A stretch of DNA of 64,000 nt from an uncultured Actinomycetes bacterium (GTDB lineage Bacteria > Actinomycetota > Thermoleophilia > RBG-16-64-13), in assembly GCA_963706025.1 (NCBI GenBank), contig CAVPLM010000003.1, positions 736,001-800,000 of the forward strand, given 5' to 3'. The translations under genes and the position numbers were made by a program. Below the pieces are notes generated by a model. That model was not told where the DNA came from. It ran no database searches and worked only from the letters and a program-made list of their open reading frames with translations. Positions 10,437 through 19,382 of the stretch are shown piece after piece. Each line of letters begins with the position of its first letter. The first letter of the stretch is position 1.

Positions 10437-12101
10437 ATGAATCGATACAGTTTTCGGCTGCGAGAGCGGCTGGCAGACTACCGAGAGTGGATCGAAAACC
10501 GCGATCGACGCAGATTCGAACTGGTGTTGCTCGCCTGCCTGGTCGTCGGCGTCACGGTGCTTATCTGCTCCGCCTATCTGCCCGGCCTCCAAGGCGTCCG
10601 GGAGGGCAGCGCGGCGCGCACGGGGTGGGGGGTCTATCTGGGCGTCTTCCTGGTGGTACTGCTGGAGGCGGCTACGTTCTCGCTGCTGCTCCATCGCTTC
10701 AACAGGACCAGGACGCCCGCGCTCGACAACAACCTGCTGCTCGCGCTCGTGGTCTTGCTGGTGGGCGCCACGCTGGTCTCCCGGCTGCTGATAATCCCAC
10801 CCCTGTCGGCGTACATCATCCCGGTCGCTACTCTGGGCATGGTGGTGACGGTCGTGCTCAATGCGCGCAGCGCGCTCCTGCTCGTCGCTTTGACCTCTCT
10901 CAACATCGGATTGCTCACAGACCTGGACATGCGCTATTCGCTGGTAGCCCTGCTGGTCGGTGCGCTGTCACTGTATCTCGTGTCCCGGGTGGCCCAGCGG
11001 GGGGCCATACTGGGAGCGGGCGCGGCGGCCATGGGTTTGGCGGCTCTCACCATCTTCAGCGTCGAGGTGTTCACCGAGGCTTCTCTTGGCGAGGCCCTGC
11101 AGGCCAGTGCCTGGGGCCTCGCGAACGGATTCCTGGCGGGCGTGCTCACCGTCGTCCTGCTTCAGTTCATGGAGACGGTCTTCAACCTCACCACTCCTCT
11201 GCGATTGCTCGAGCTGGCCAACCCCGCCCATCCCCTGCTCAAGAAACTGATGCAGGTTGCCCCCGGCACCTATAACCACAGCATCATCATGGGCAACCTG
11301 GCCGAGGCCGCCGCCGAGGCCATTGGAGCCGATCCGCTACTGGCTCGGGTGGGAGCCTACTACCACGACATCGGCAAGACGGTCCGGCCGGAATACTTCG
11401 TAGAGAACCAGATCTACGTGGACAATCCGCACGACCAGCTGAGTCCCAGTCTGTCCAAGCTGGCGATCACCGCGCACGTCCGGGATGGGGAGCATCTGGG
11501 CAAGGTGTACGGGCTGCCGGCGCCGGTAATTGGCATCATCAAGCAACACCACGGCACTTCCGTGCTCGCCTACTTCTATCACAAGGCCCAGGAAGCCGCG
11601 AAGGACCAGGTCTACGAGGAGAGCTACCGCTACGAGGAGCAGAAACCCCGGTCGAAAGAGGCGGCCATCATCATGCTGGCCGACAGCTTGGAGGCAGCCG
11701 TGCGGACCATGGAGAATCCCACGCGCCGCAAGATCCAGGGGCTCATCCAAGAGATCATCAAGCAGAAGATCCAGGACGGCCAGCTCGACGAGTCGGAACT
11801 TACACAGAGCGATCTACACAGGATCGAGGAATCCTTCGACCTGAGCCTGCTCGGCCTCGTGGGCCATCGGATCCGCTATCCCGAGAGTAACGGCAGACCT
11901 GGCGGTCGTCCCCCGAGCGGCGGGGACGCCGCGCCGGCAGAAGCTCCGATGGCCGGGGGGCAGGCCGGGAATCTGGGCGCGCCCCGACGCAAGAGGCCGT
12001 CCCTACCGCCCAGCGCCGCCGCTCTCAAGGCCGAGAGCGCCGCGACCAGCGCCGCAGCTCCTGCGGCCAAGACGGGCGACAGCCCCGAGGACCTGCCGTG
12101 A
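10437..12101 (+). CDS. 7TM-HD (HDIG) phosphohydrolase, PgpH-like putative c-di-AMP phosphodiesterase lacking the extracellular domain
   Basis: Multiple TMs followed by APGTYNHS, YYHDIGK, FVENQ, QHHGTS, MLADSLEAA; sits between phoH and ybeY. Confidence 0.88.
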   Translation: MNRYSFRLRERLADYREWIENRDRRRFELVLLACLVVGVTVLICSAYLPGLQGVREGSAARTGWGVYLGVFLVVLLEAATFSLLLHRFNRTRTPALDNNLLLALVVLLVGATLVSRLLIIPPLSAYIIPVATLGMVVTVVLNARSALLLVALTSLNIGLLTDLDMRYSLVALLVGALSLYLVSRVAQRGAILGAGAAAMGLAALTIFSVEVFTEASLGEALQASAWGLANGFLAGVLTVVLLQFMETVFNLTTPLRLLELANPAHPLLKKLMQVAPGTYNHSIIMGNLAEAAAEAIGADPLLARVGAYYHDIGKTVRPEYFVENQIYVDNPHDQLSPSLSKLAITAHVRDGEHLGKVYGLPAPVIGIIKQHHGTSVLAYFYHKAQEAAKDQVYEESYRYEEQKPRSKEAAIIMLADSLEAAVRTMENPTRRKIQGLIQEIIKQKIQDGQLDESELTQSDLHRIEESFDLSLLGLVGHRIRYPESNGRPGGRPPSGGDAAPAEAPMAGGQAGNLGAPRRKRPSLPPSAAALKAESAATSAAAPAAKTGDSPEDLP

Positions 12102-12580
12102 GCATCGTGATAGAAGTGGTCGACGAGACCGATTCCGGTATTTCCACGGATGGGGTGGCCGAACTGGTCCGCTCGGTCCTCGATCGTGAGGGAGCTCAGG
12201 GAGCAGTGGTCGTCGCGCTCGTGGGTGAACACGTGATCACGGAACTCAACGGCCGCGACAGGGGTCTGACCGAGCCCACCGACGTCCTCTCATACTGCGC
12301 CGAAGACGATGAGATCAGCTGGCCCACACCGCTTCCTGAGGGTGACTTCGCACCCGAGCTGGGCGAGGTGATCGTGTGCCCGGCGGTGGCACGCCGCTAT
12401 GCGGAAGAGGGAGGCTGCGAATCGAGCAGCCAACTGGCGTGGACAATAATCCATGGTGTTCTCCATGTCCTTGGATACGATCACGAGCGGGATGAGGGCG
12501 AGATGCGCCGGCGGGAGCAGGCCCTTCTGGCGGAACTGGGCCCCTTGGCGAGTGCCCTCTCTCTGCCGCCGGACGATTGA
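12098..12580 (+). CDS. ybeY: rRNA maturation RNase YbeY
   Basis: PTDVLSY, LGEVIVC, HGVLHVLGYDH. Confidence 0.95.
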   Translation: MSIVIEVVDETDSGISTDGVAELVRSVLDREGAQGAVVVALVGEHVITELNGRDRGLTEPTDVLSYCAEDDEISWPTPLPEGDFAPELGEVIVCPAVARRYAEEGGCESSSQLAWTIIHGVLHVLGYDHERDEGEMRRREQALLAELGPLASALSLPPDD

Positions 12581-12607
12581 GGCCGGTCCGGCGTTGAGGA
12601 CCCGAGT

Positions 12608-13330
12608 ATGACGCCGGAGCGTGGGAAGACGACCCTGCTGCAGAGTTTCAACCATGCCTTCCAAGGCATGGTGTACGCGGTCCGGCATCAGCGAAACATG
12701 CGCATCCACATGGGCGTGGCTCTGGTCGTACTGGTCGCCTGCATCTTTCTGAACGTCTCTCGTCTGGAACTGGTCATCGTCTTTGCTACCATCGCCTTTG
12801 TCCTGATGGCCGAGCTCGTCAACACGGCTGTGGAGGCGGCGGTAGACATGATGACCGACGAGTTCGACCCTCGGGCGAAGATAGCCAAAGACATGGCCGC
12901 CGCGGCGGTGCTCATCGCCGCGATCAACGCTCTGGTAGTGGCCTACCTGGTGCTGGCCGATCGGCTGGCAGACGTCTCGCTGGAGCTTCTGAGCGCTATC
13001 CGACGGTCTCCCGCACACCTGACCATCGTTGCCCTTGCGGTGGTGGCAGTGGCCGTGGTCGTGGTCAAAGCCACTCGGGCGAAGGGGACCCCACTTACCG
13101 GAGGTCTGCCGTCGGGCCACGCCGCTGTCGCCTTCGCCGGGTGGACTGCGGTCACCTTTGTGGTGGGGGCGTCTCCCCAGGGGCTCTTGGTGAGTGCGAT
13201 CACTTTCGTCATCGCGGTCCTGGTGGCCGAGAGCCGGGTGGAGACGGGCGTACATTCACTGCTGGAGGCGGTTCTGGGGGCGCTGTTGGGAATCGCCGTT
13301 ACCACGCTGATCTTCCAATTGTGGTTCTGA
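12608..13330 (+). CDS. dgkA: Diacylglycerol/undecaprenol kinase fused to a PAP2-like domain
   Basis: SFNHAFQG, RNMRIH, ELVNTAVE..VD, AKIAKDMAAAAV; C-terminal GGLPSGH and SRVE.GVHS. Confidence 0.9.
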   Translation: MTPERGKTTLLQSFNHAFQGMVYAVRHQRNMRIHMGVALVVLVACIFLNVSRLELVIVFATIAFVLMAELVNTAVEAAVDMMTDEFDPRAKIAKDMAAAAVLIAAINALVVAYLVLADRLADVSLELLSAIRRSPAHLTIVALAVVAVAVVVVKATRAKGTPLTGGLPSGHAAVAFAGWTAVTFVVGASPQGLLVSAITFVIAVLVAESRVETGVHSLLEAVLGALLGIAVTTLIFQLWF

Positions 13331-13359
13331 CCGGATAGTGGTTCTGAACGGAGGGACTG

Positions 13360-13749
13360 GTGCACGAAGAGCGACTCTCACCTGGATTGGGCCGCCTGAT
13401 CGATGCGGCGAAGGCCGTGGCTGCGCGGGTGGATCCCACTCTTCCTCGAACGGAGGTGGTCGCTCTCCTGACGGCCATCGGGGCGGTTTACGCGGCCCCC
13501 GCGGGCGAGGATCAGCAGGGGTGCCCGGTCTCCGCCGCCGAAGCCGCGCTGGCCTTGGCCCGCGCGGCCGGGGACTGTGAGGTCTTGACAGCGGTTGTCA
13601 CTCTGGCGAACGATACGTCTGAAAGTGTCTCTCCCAGCTCCGCCACCTGCCGTTCTCTCGCAGAGCTCGATCTCGAGCTGCCCATGGTCGTCAAACAGCG
13701 GGGCCGCTGGGTGGTGGTTCCGCTGTCCCGGCTGTGGCCTCCGGTGTGA
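13360..13749 (+). CDS. Degenerate cytidine deaminase-like protein
   Basis: Occupies the cdd position after dgkA; similar size and pattern, but CAE is AAE and PCGxC is PSSATC. Confidence 0.6.
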   Translation: MHEERLSPGLGRLIDAAKAVAARVDPTLPRTEVVALLTAIGAVYAAPAGEDQQGCPVSAAEAALALARAAGDCEVLTAVVTLANDTSESVSPSSATCRSLAELDLELPMVVKQRGRWVVVPLSRLWPPV

Positions 13750-13757
13750 GGCCGCAC

Positions 13758-14261
13758 ATGCCTGTAGAGCCCCTCCCAAATGAGTACCTCACCCTCACCC
13801 GGCTTCGCCGGCCGGACCACGATCTGCTCGTCACCCTGGCCGCCTATGATCTCGAGGCCTTCGGCTCGACGGGGCTGCGCGCGTACGATCTGGCGGTCGT
13901 GGCCGAGGCGGGAGCCATCTATCTGGCTTGGATCGGAGACGAGATCGTGGGAGGTTGCCAGCTGTTGAGGGTCCTGGATGAGCCGGGCTACTTCTACGTG
14001 GTCGGGTTCTACATTCGACCAGAATGGCAAGGCCGCGGTCTAGGACGGACACTCCTGGAGGCCGTGACCGAGAGATGCGTCGGCTTGGGGGCCGAGGGGC
14101 TGATACTGACGGTGGCCCCCAGCAATGTCAAAGCGTTGGGATTGTACAGAAGCGCTGCGTTCGTGGACGAGGCCTTCGTCCCCCAATTCTATGGCGAAGG
14201 GGAGGACAGACACATCCTGCGCCTGCGCTTCTCGGAGGAGGGCTTGCAGGGCGGTGTATGA
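13758..14261 (+). CDS. GNAT family N-acetyltransferase
   Basis: IRPEWQGRGLGRTLL, LTVAPSNVKALGLY. Confidence 0.88.
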   Translation: MPVEPLPNEYLTLTRLRRPDHDLLVTLAAYDLEAFGSTGLRAYDLAVVAEAGAIYLAWIGDEIVGGCQLLRVLDEPGYFYVVGFYIRPEWQGRGLGRTLLEAVTERCVGLGAEGLILTVAPSNVKALGLYRSAAFVDEAFVPQFYGEGEDRHILRLRFSEEGLQGGV

Positions 14262-14291
14262 TAGAAAGCCCACCGTGAGTGCGAGGATGCC

Positions 14292-14987
14292 GTGAGAGTC
14301 GAAGAGCTGGCCAAGACCATCGATAGCGCCCTTCTGGAGGCTACCAGCACGAACACCGCCGTCGAAGCGCTGTGCCGCGACGCCATCTCGTACCATTTCG
14401 CCTCGGTGTGCGTCCTGCCCTACTGCGTTCCGGTAGCTCGGCAGCTTCTGCAGGGCTACGACGTCAAGGTCGGGACCGTTGTCTCCTTCCCCTATGGAGC
14501 CGATTCGCAACGCACCAAGATCACCGGCGCCGAGCAGGCGGTGGCCCTGGGCGCCGACGAGTTGGATGTGGTCATCAACATCCCCGCCATGCTGTCCGGC
14601 GACTTCCGTTATGTGCGGGACGAACTACGGAGTGTGGTGCGCTCGGTGCGCATGAGCAGCGTCAACACGGGCCGGGGACTGGTCTTGGTCAAGGCCAACG
14701 TGGAAGCCTACTATCTCGACGAGAAGCTGAAGCGCCTGGTCTGCAAGATCGTGGAAGACTCGGGGGCGGACTTCATCAAGACCTCCACCGGCAAGGCTCC
14801 GGGCGGCGCCACCGCCAAGGATGTGGAGTTGTTCCGAGACCTCCTGCCCGAGAGCGTGGGCGTGGATGCCTGCGGAGGCATCCGTACGGCCGAAAGCGCG
14901 GAGATAATGATCAACGCCGGCGCCGCGCGTGTCGGCACCTCGCACGCGGTCGACATCATCAAGGAGTTCTCCTCCGACAAGGACTGA
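14292..14987 (+). CDS. deoC: Deoxyribose-phosphate aldolase homolog
   Basis: SVCV.P, V.FP.G, GADELDVVIN, GADFIKTSTG, GGIRT, AGAARVGTS. Confidence 0.88.
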   Translation: MRVEELAKTIDSALLEATSTNTAVEALCRDAISYHFASVCVLPYCVPVARQLLQGYDVKVGTVVSFPYGADSQRTKITGAEQAVALGADELDVVINIPAMLSGDFRYVRDELRSVVRSVRMSSVNTGRGLVLVKANVEAYYLDEKLKRLVCKIVEDSGADFIKTSTGKAPGGATAKDVELFRDLLPESVGVDACGGIRTAESAEIMINAGAARVGTSHAVDIIKEFSSDKD

Positions 14988-15042
14988 CCGGCCGGGGGGC
15001 TCGGCGGCCGGAGCGAGGCCGAGCGACCGGAGGGAGGCTTCC

Positions 15043-15758
15043 CTGGGCTCCCGTTTCTTCACCACCGAGGCTCTCGTCATAGGCTCGATGCGTTACCGCG
15101 AGGCCGATCGTATCGTCACGCTCTACACTCGGGATCGAGGCCGGCTGGGCGCCATCGCCAAGGGGGTGCGGCGCACCAAGTCGAAGGTGGGGGGCCGGCT
15201 CGAGCCCTTCAGCCTCGTGCGGGCCAGCCTCTACCCAGGACGCGGCCTGTATACCATCGTGGGGGTCGACACCCTGCGCACCTTCCAGGGAGTCCGCGAC
15301 GAGTTGTTCCGCATGGAGGAAGGGGGGCGCCTGGTGAGCGCCGTCCGCCACCTGTTCCCCGGCGAAGAAGCGAGCGCCCCCGTGTTCAACCTGCTGGTGA
15401 GGGGCATGGCCCGCCTGGCGGAAGCTCCCGATGCCGCGGCAGCCGCGGGCGTGGTGCTGGCCGCGCGGCTCAAGCTCCTCGCCTTGCTGGGGTACGCGCC
15501 GGAGATGTCCCGCTGCGCGGCCTGCGGTGCCGAGGGCCCCTCTACGGGTTCTCGCCGAGCCTGGGCGGCGCGGTGTGCACGGGATGCGCGGAGACGGGCA
15601 CGGTCGCTTGCTTCGCTCTCAGTGGAGGGGCACAGGCCACGCTGTGCGCATTGCTGCAGAGCCCACTGGCGGAGGTGGAGCACCTGGATCTTGACGACCG
15701 GGCCACGGCCGAGGTCGAGCAGGTCTTGGCCCAGACCCTCGCGTACCACGGGCACTGA
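15043..15758 (+). CDS. recO: DNA repair protein RecO, 1-nt frameshift near 15540 (error or pseudogene); probable CTG start
   Basis: EADRIVTLYTRDRGRLGAIAKGVRRTKSK..GRLEPF; the first CxxC (CAAC) and second CxxC (CTGC) lie in different frames, joined by restoring one C in the CCCC run at 15537-15540. Confidence 0.88.
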
Positions 15759-16178
15759 ACCAACTCGCTGCGCGCCGGGCGCATCGTCGACGCCATGTTG
15801 GCGGGCACCGTCCCCTTCGTCTTGTCGGAGGCCCTCCTGGCCGAATACCGGGAGGTGCTCCTCCGACCTGCGATCATGGAGCGCCACGGTTTGACGGAGG
15901 CCCAGGTCGACACCGTTCTCGAGGAACTCGTCCTCAACGCCGGCTTCAGGGAGCCGGTGTCAATAGAGCGGCTCACCGCCCAGGTGGGCCCCACCGGCGC
16001 GTCGGCGGTTGCTGGGAAGGCGCAGCATGCACCTCCCGGCGACGAGCACCTGATCGCGCTGCTCGAGTCCGTGCCGGGCGCAGTTCTCGTCACCGGAGAT
16101 CGTGGTCTTGCTCAAGCCATGGCTTCGGGGTGCGCGGTGGCGACACCGGCCGAGTTCGCGGCCACCCTGGTAGCCTGA
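15759..16178 (+). pseudogene. PIN-domain toxin fragment lacking its N-terminal DTN motif
   Basis: SEALLAEYREVL.RP, PGDEHLIALL, LVTGD match the PIN family; an in-frame stop lies just upstream. Confidence 0.65.
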
Positions 16179-16397
16179 GGCGTCGGATAGGGCCTCCGTG
16201 ACGGGGTGCGAAGGCCGGGAAGGGCAAGGAATCCGCGCCGTTGCGCCGCGTGCGCCAGAGTGCGACGGCCAGCAAGGAAGTGACATTCGGGACCGACAAC
16301 AAACCTACTGAAAGTCATGCAAATGACCCATGCTGTAGAAGTGCGAAGCGGGCGGCATCAGGGGGCTGGAGGCAGGCGCAAGCAGCCAAGGAGGAAA

Positions 16398-16918
16398 CTA
16401 CTGCGTACGCGGCGGGACCGGCTTCGCTCGTGAAAACTCGCGCACGAGCAGGAGGATCAGGATAGCGCCGAGCACCAGCAGCAAAGCAGTGGTGACAAAA
16501 GCCTCGCCGGCGCCAACGCGGTCGTAGATCCAGCCCCCCAGGAGCGGACCGATCACCCCGCCCAATGCAGCTGCGGCGATGTAGTATCCCAGCGCTGAAC
16601 CCTGGTGGGCGCTGTCTGCAACGTCGATCACCAGTGCCTCCTCGGCGGGCGTCGCGGCGGCGAAGGCAGCAGCCTCGAGCACCCACAGAACGGCCAGCGG
16701 CCAGAGCGACCGCACGAATGGGACCGCGGCGGCGGCCAGACCGGCCACCACCAGCGCGGCCACAATCGGCGGGCGCCGTCCGATGCGGTCGCTGATGTGA
16801 CCCAGTCGCGAGGGGAGTACCGACCCGGCGATGGCTGCGGGCAGGAAGGCGAGGGCGAGGGCCAGGATGCTGGTAGAGACGTTGTCGAACAAGTACGGCA
16901 TCAGGACCGGGCCCAGGC
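16398..16918 (-). pseudogene. MFS transporter C-terminal half, 5'-truncated
   Basis: GHISDRIGRRP (motif A, second repeat), QGSALG, GPLLGG.IYD; only the C-terminal TM set is present. Confidence 0.8.
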
Positions 16919-17038
16919 GGCATACTCCTCGAGAGCGGATTGCAGGTCCTCGACGTGTTTGAAGCGGACGTCGTCTTTGTGGTTGGACGGAACTGGTCGG
17001 AACTGGATACTTGGAATCTCCTGTGCCGGTGTGACCAC
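16901..17038 (-). CDS. Small hypothetical protein (45 aa, MVTPAQEIPSIQFRPVPSNHKDDVRFKHVEDLQSALEEYAAWARS)
   Basis: AAGGAGG SD 4 nt upstream of GTG; below the ORF-track size cutoff. Confidence 0.4.
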   Translation of the reverse strand: MVTPAQEIPSIQFRPVPSNHKDDVRFKHVEDLQSALEEYAAWARS

Positions 17039-17451
17039 AGAACCTCCTTGCTCAAATCAGACGACAACTGACCGCTGCCAGCCTAGCAGACACGGCGACC
17101 GTTCAGATTGCGCAAGGCGGGACCCACAGGCGTGGGCCGGGCGCTTGTGGTGGCCTCGGGTGGCTAGCTGAATGTTAGCCGTTCTCTCAGGGACGGCGCG
17201 GCTTCCTCTCGTAATGTTCGGGATAGAGAGGCTCCTGTGAGGCAACAACGCGTCGCAGTCGTCGGCCCGCATGTCTTCCCCCCGTCCCAGCCTGGCGCTG
17301 AAATAGCCAGAAGAAGCCGGTTGCATCGGGTAAACGTTCGACCGAACTCACGGCGCGAATGCCCCTCAAATGTACTATTATTCTGGTGAGTAGTGACGGG
17401 TGCGAGAGACCCGGAGGACAGCGGCCGCGAAAGCAATTGAGGGGGGTATCG

Positions 17452-17556
17452 ATGCCGAGAGTAGCAGGCAGACGACGGTCGGTCTGGCCCTGGGTGGCGA
17501 CCGTCATTATCGTCATTGTGATAATCGTTGTCGTGGTGATCCTAGAAGTCAGATAG
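17452..17556 (+). CDS. Small single-TM membrane protein (34 aa)
   Basis: GAGGGGGG SD; MPRVAGRRRSVWPW followed by a hydrophobic V/I run. Confidence 0.55.
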   Translation: MPRVAGRRRSVWPWVATVIIVIVIIVVVVILEVR

Positions 17557-17605
17557 CCAGATCGACTGCCGAACCCCGCGACTAAGGGGGAGAAGGTGAG
17601 CGACC

Positions 17606-18136
17606 ATGATTAGGGGCAGAGACATTTTGAGACTGCCGGTCATCACACGGGACATGGGAAAGAGAGTCGGCGAGGTCGAAGACCTGATCGTTGACCGGCA
17701 AGGTAGTCGTGTGCTCGGTATCGTTGTGGGTGAAAAAGGTCTCCTGGGCAGCACTCGAGTGGTGGCGTGGTCTGGGATCCTCGTCGCGGGAATTGACGCG
17801 GTGGTCATTGACTCCGAGTCGAGCGTAGTGAAGGCTCCGGAGGTCCCGGAAATAGAGGAGGTCCTCAAGCGAGGCTTCGTGCTTGAGGGAACTGGCGTCC
17901 AGACGACCGCGGGGCGGGAACTGGGCAGAGTCGAGAACGTCTTCTTCGACAGAGCCACTGGCTTAGTCCAAGGGTACGAGCTTGTTGGTGGGCTGAACGA
18001 GCAGCAACCATCCGGCCGGACTTTCATGCCTCCACATCCAAGCTTCGAGGCAGGCAAGGACTACAACTTCGTCGACCCCTCAGTAGCGGACATTCTCGAG
18101 GATCTCTCGGCAGCCCTAAAAGCTCGAGCCGATTAG
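17606..18136 (+). CDS. Tandem PRC-barrel domain protein
   Basis: Two repeats of V....G..vG.V.d...D (LPVITRDMGKRVGEVEDLIVD; VQTTAGRELGRVENVFFD). Confidence 0.88.
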   Translation: MIRGRDILRLPVITRDMGKRVGEVEDLIVDRQGSRVLGIVVGEKGLLGSTRVVAWSGILVAGIDAVVIDSESSVVKAPEVPEIEEVLKRGFVLEGTGVQTTAGRELGRVENVFFDRATGLVQGYELVGGLNEQQPSGRTFMPPHPSFEAGKDYNFVDPSVADILEDLSAALKARAD

Positions 18137-18163
18137 TGCGACCGAATGTAGTCCGTAGTAGGC

Positions 18164-19374
18164 TTGCATACCGAGTCGGCCCCATTTCCTTTCCTACCCG
18201 GTTCGGCGCCGAGCCTGGGTCAGTTAGGCTGGTTCGCCCTACTCTTGGTCATCGCGGCGGCTCTCGGTGAGGTCGCCCACCTACTGAGACTTCCCCGGCT
18301 CCTTGGTTACGTGGTCGCCGGGATCGCCCTTGGACCTCGCGGTAGCGGGCTGATGCACTGGACCACCATCTCGGACCTGAGAATACTGGTCGACGTGGCG
18401 CTCGGCCTGTTTCTATTCGAACTCGGGCATTGGCTCGACCTCTCCTGGCTGAGACGCAACCCGTGGCTGCTCGTCACCAGCCTCCTTGAAGCCGTCCTCA
18501 CCTTCTTCGCCGTATTCGGGGCGCTCCGCCTGGCCGGTGTTGCCAGCATGTACGCGGTAGGAGCTGCGGCTATAGCTATCTCGACGTCGCAAGCCGTCAT
18601 AGTTCAGATCACCCGCGAACTGCGGGCGCAGGGACAAGTGACCGAGCGACTCAGGATGTTCACCGCCCTAAACAGCGCGTATGCCGTGATCGCGATCACG
18701 CTCTGGCTGTCCTGGCTTCACCTGGAATATGCGGGCTCGCCCCTGACTGCTGCTCTCCATCCGCTCTACCTGATCGTCGGCTCGATCTTGCTGGCAGTGG
18801 TAGCCGCTGCTTTCGCGCGCGTCGTTCCAAAATGGCTGCGCGGCCAGCCGAACACGACGCTGCTCTTGGTCCTTGGATTGGTCCTGCTGCTGATCGCCGC
18901 AGCGCGAGCTCTTGAGTTGTCAGCTCTTCTGGCCCTGCTATCGTTCGGCGTGCTTGTGAGGCGCTGGGTGAGCTGGCTCAGGGTCCTCCCGACCCATTTC
19001 GCCACGATTTCTTCCATCACGGCTGTGGTGCTTTTCGCGCTGATTGGTGCCACCTTGGACCTGGCCTCTCTCGGAAAGGTGGGGCTTGCCGCAGTCGCCC
19101 TCGTGCTTGCCCGGCTTGTTGCCAAGTGGGTAGCAACGACGGTGACTGCTCTGCCATCAGGTATTCCCTGGAGGAAAGGGTCCCTGTTGGGACTCGGTCT
19201 CGCGCCCCTCTCCGGTCTCGCCGTAGTCCTCGTGCAGGATGTCAGTGGCATTTATCCCACTTTCCCGTCCGACCTCGTGATCGTCGTCGTGGCCGCGGTT
19301 TCCTTGCTCGAACTGATCGGCCCGGTCTTGACCAGCGTCGCTCTTGCCGGGCTGGGGAAAGTCGCCCGGAGTGA
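18164..19374 (+). CDS. Cation:proton antiporter (CPA2/Kef-like), frameshift near 19345
   Basis: Many TMs, LPRLLGYVVAGIALGP, LFLFELG, ELIGPVL; natural ending RAGESRPE* lies in another frame. Confidence 0.82.
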
Positions 19375-19382
19375 GCTAGGCC

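Noticed and set aside
14929-16178. Extended RecO ORF, or TGA readthrough giving a RecO-PIN fusion
   Set aside because: The long ORF results from the frameshift; RecO ends naturally at 15758, the PIN lacks its first catalytic motif, and no SECIS-like evidence was seen
16200-16275. Cobalamin riboswitch-like words (GGTGC, GGGAA, AATCC, GCCAG)
   Set aside because: The core CCC.C.ACTGT element and B12-box spacing are missing
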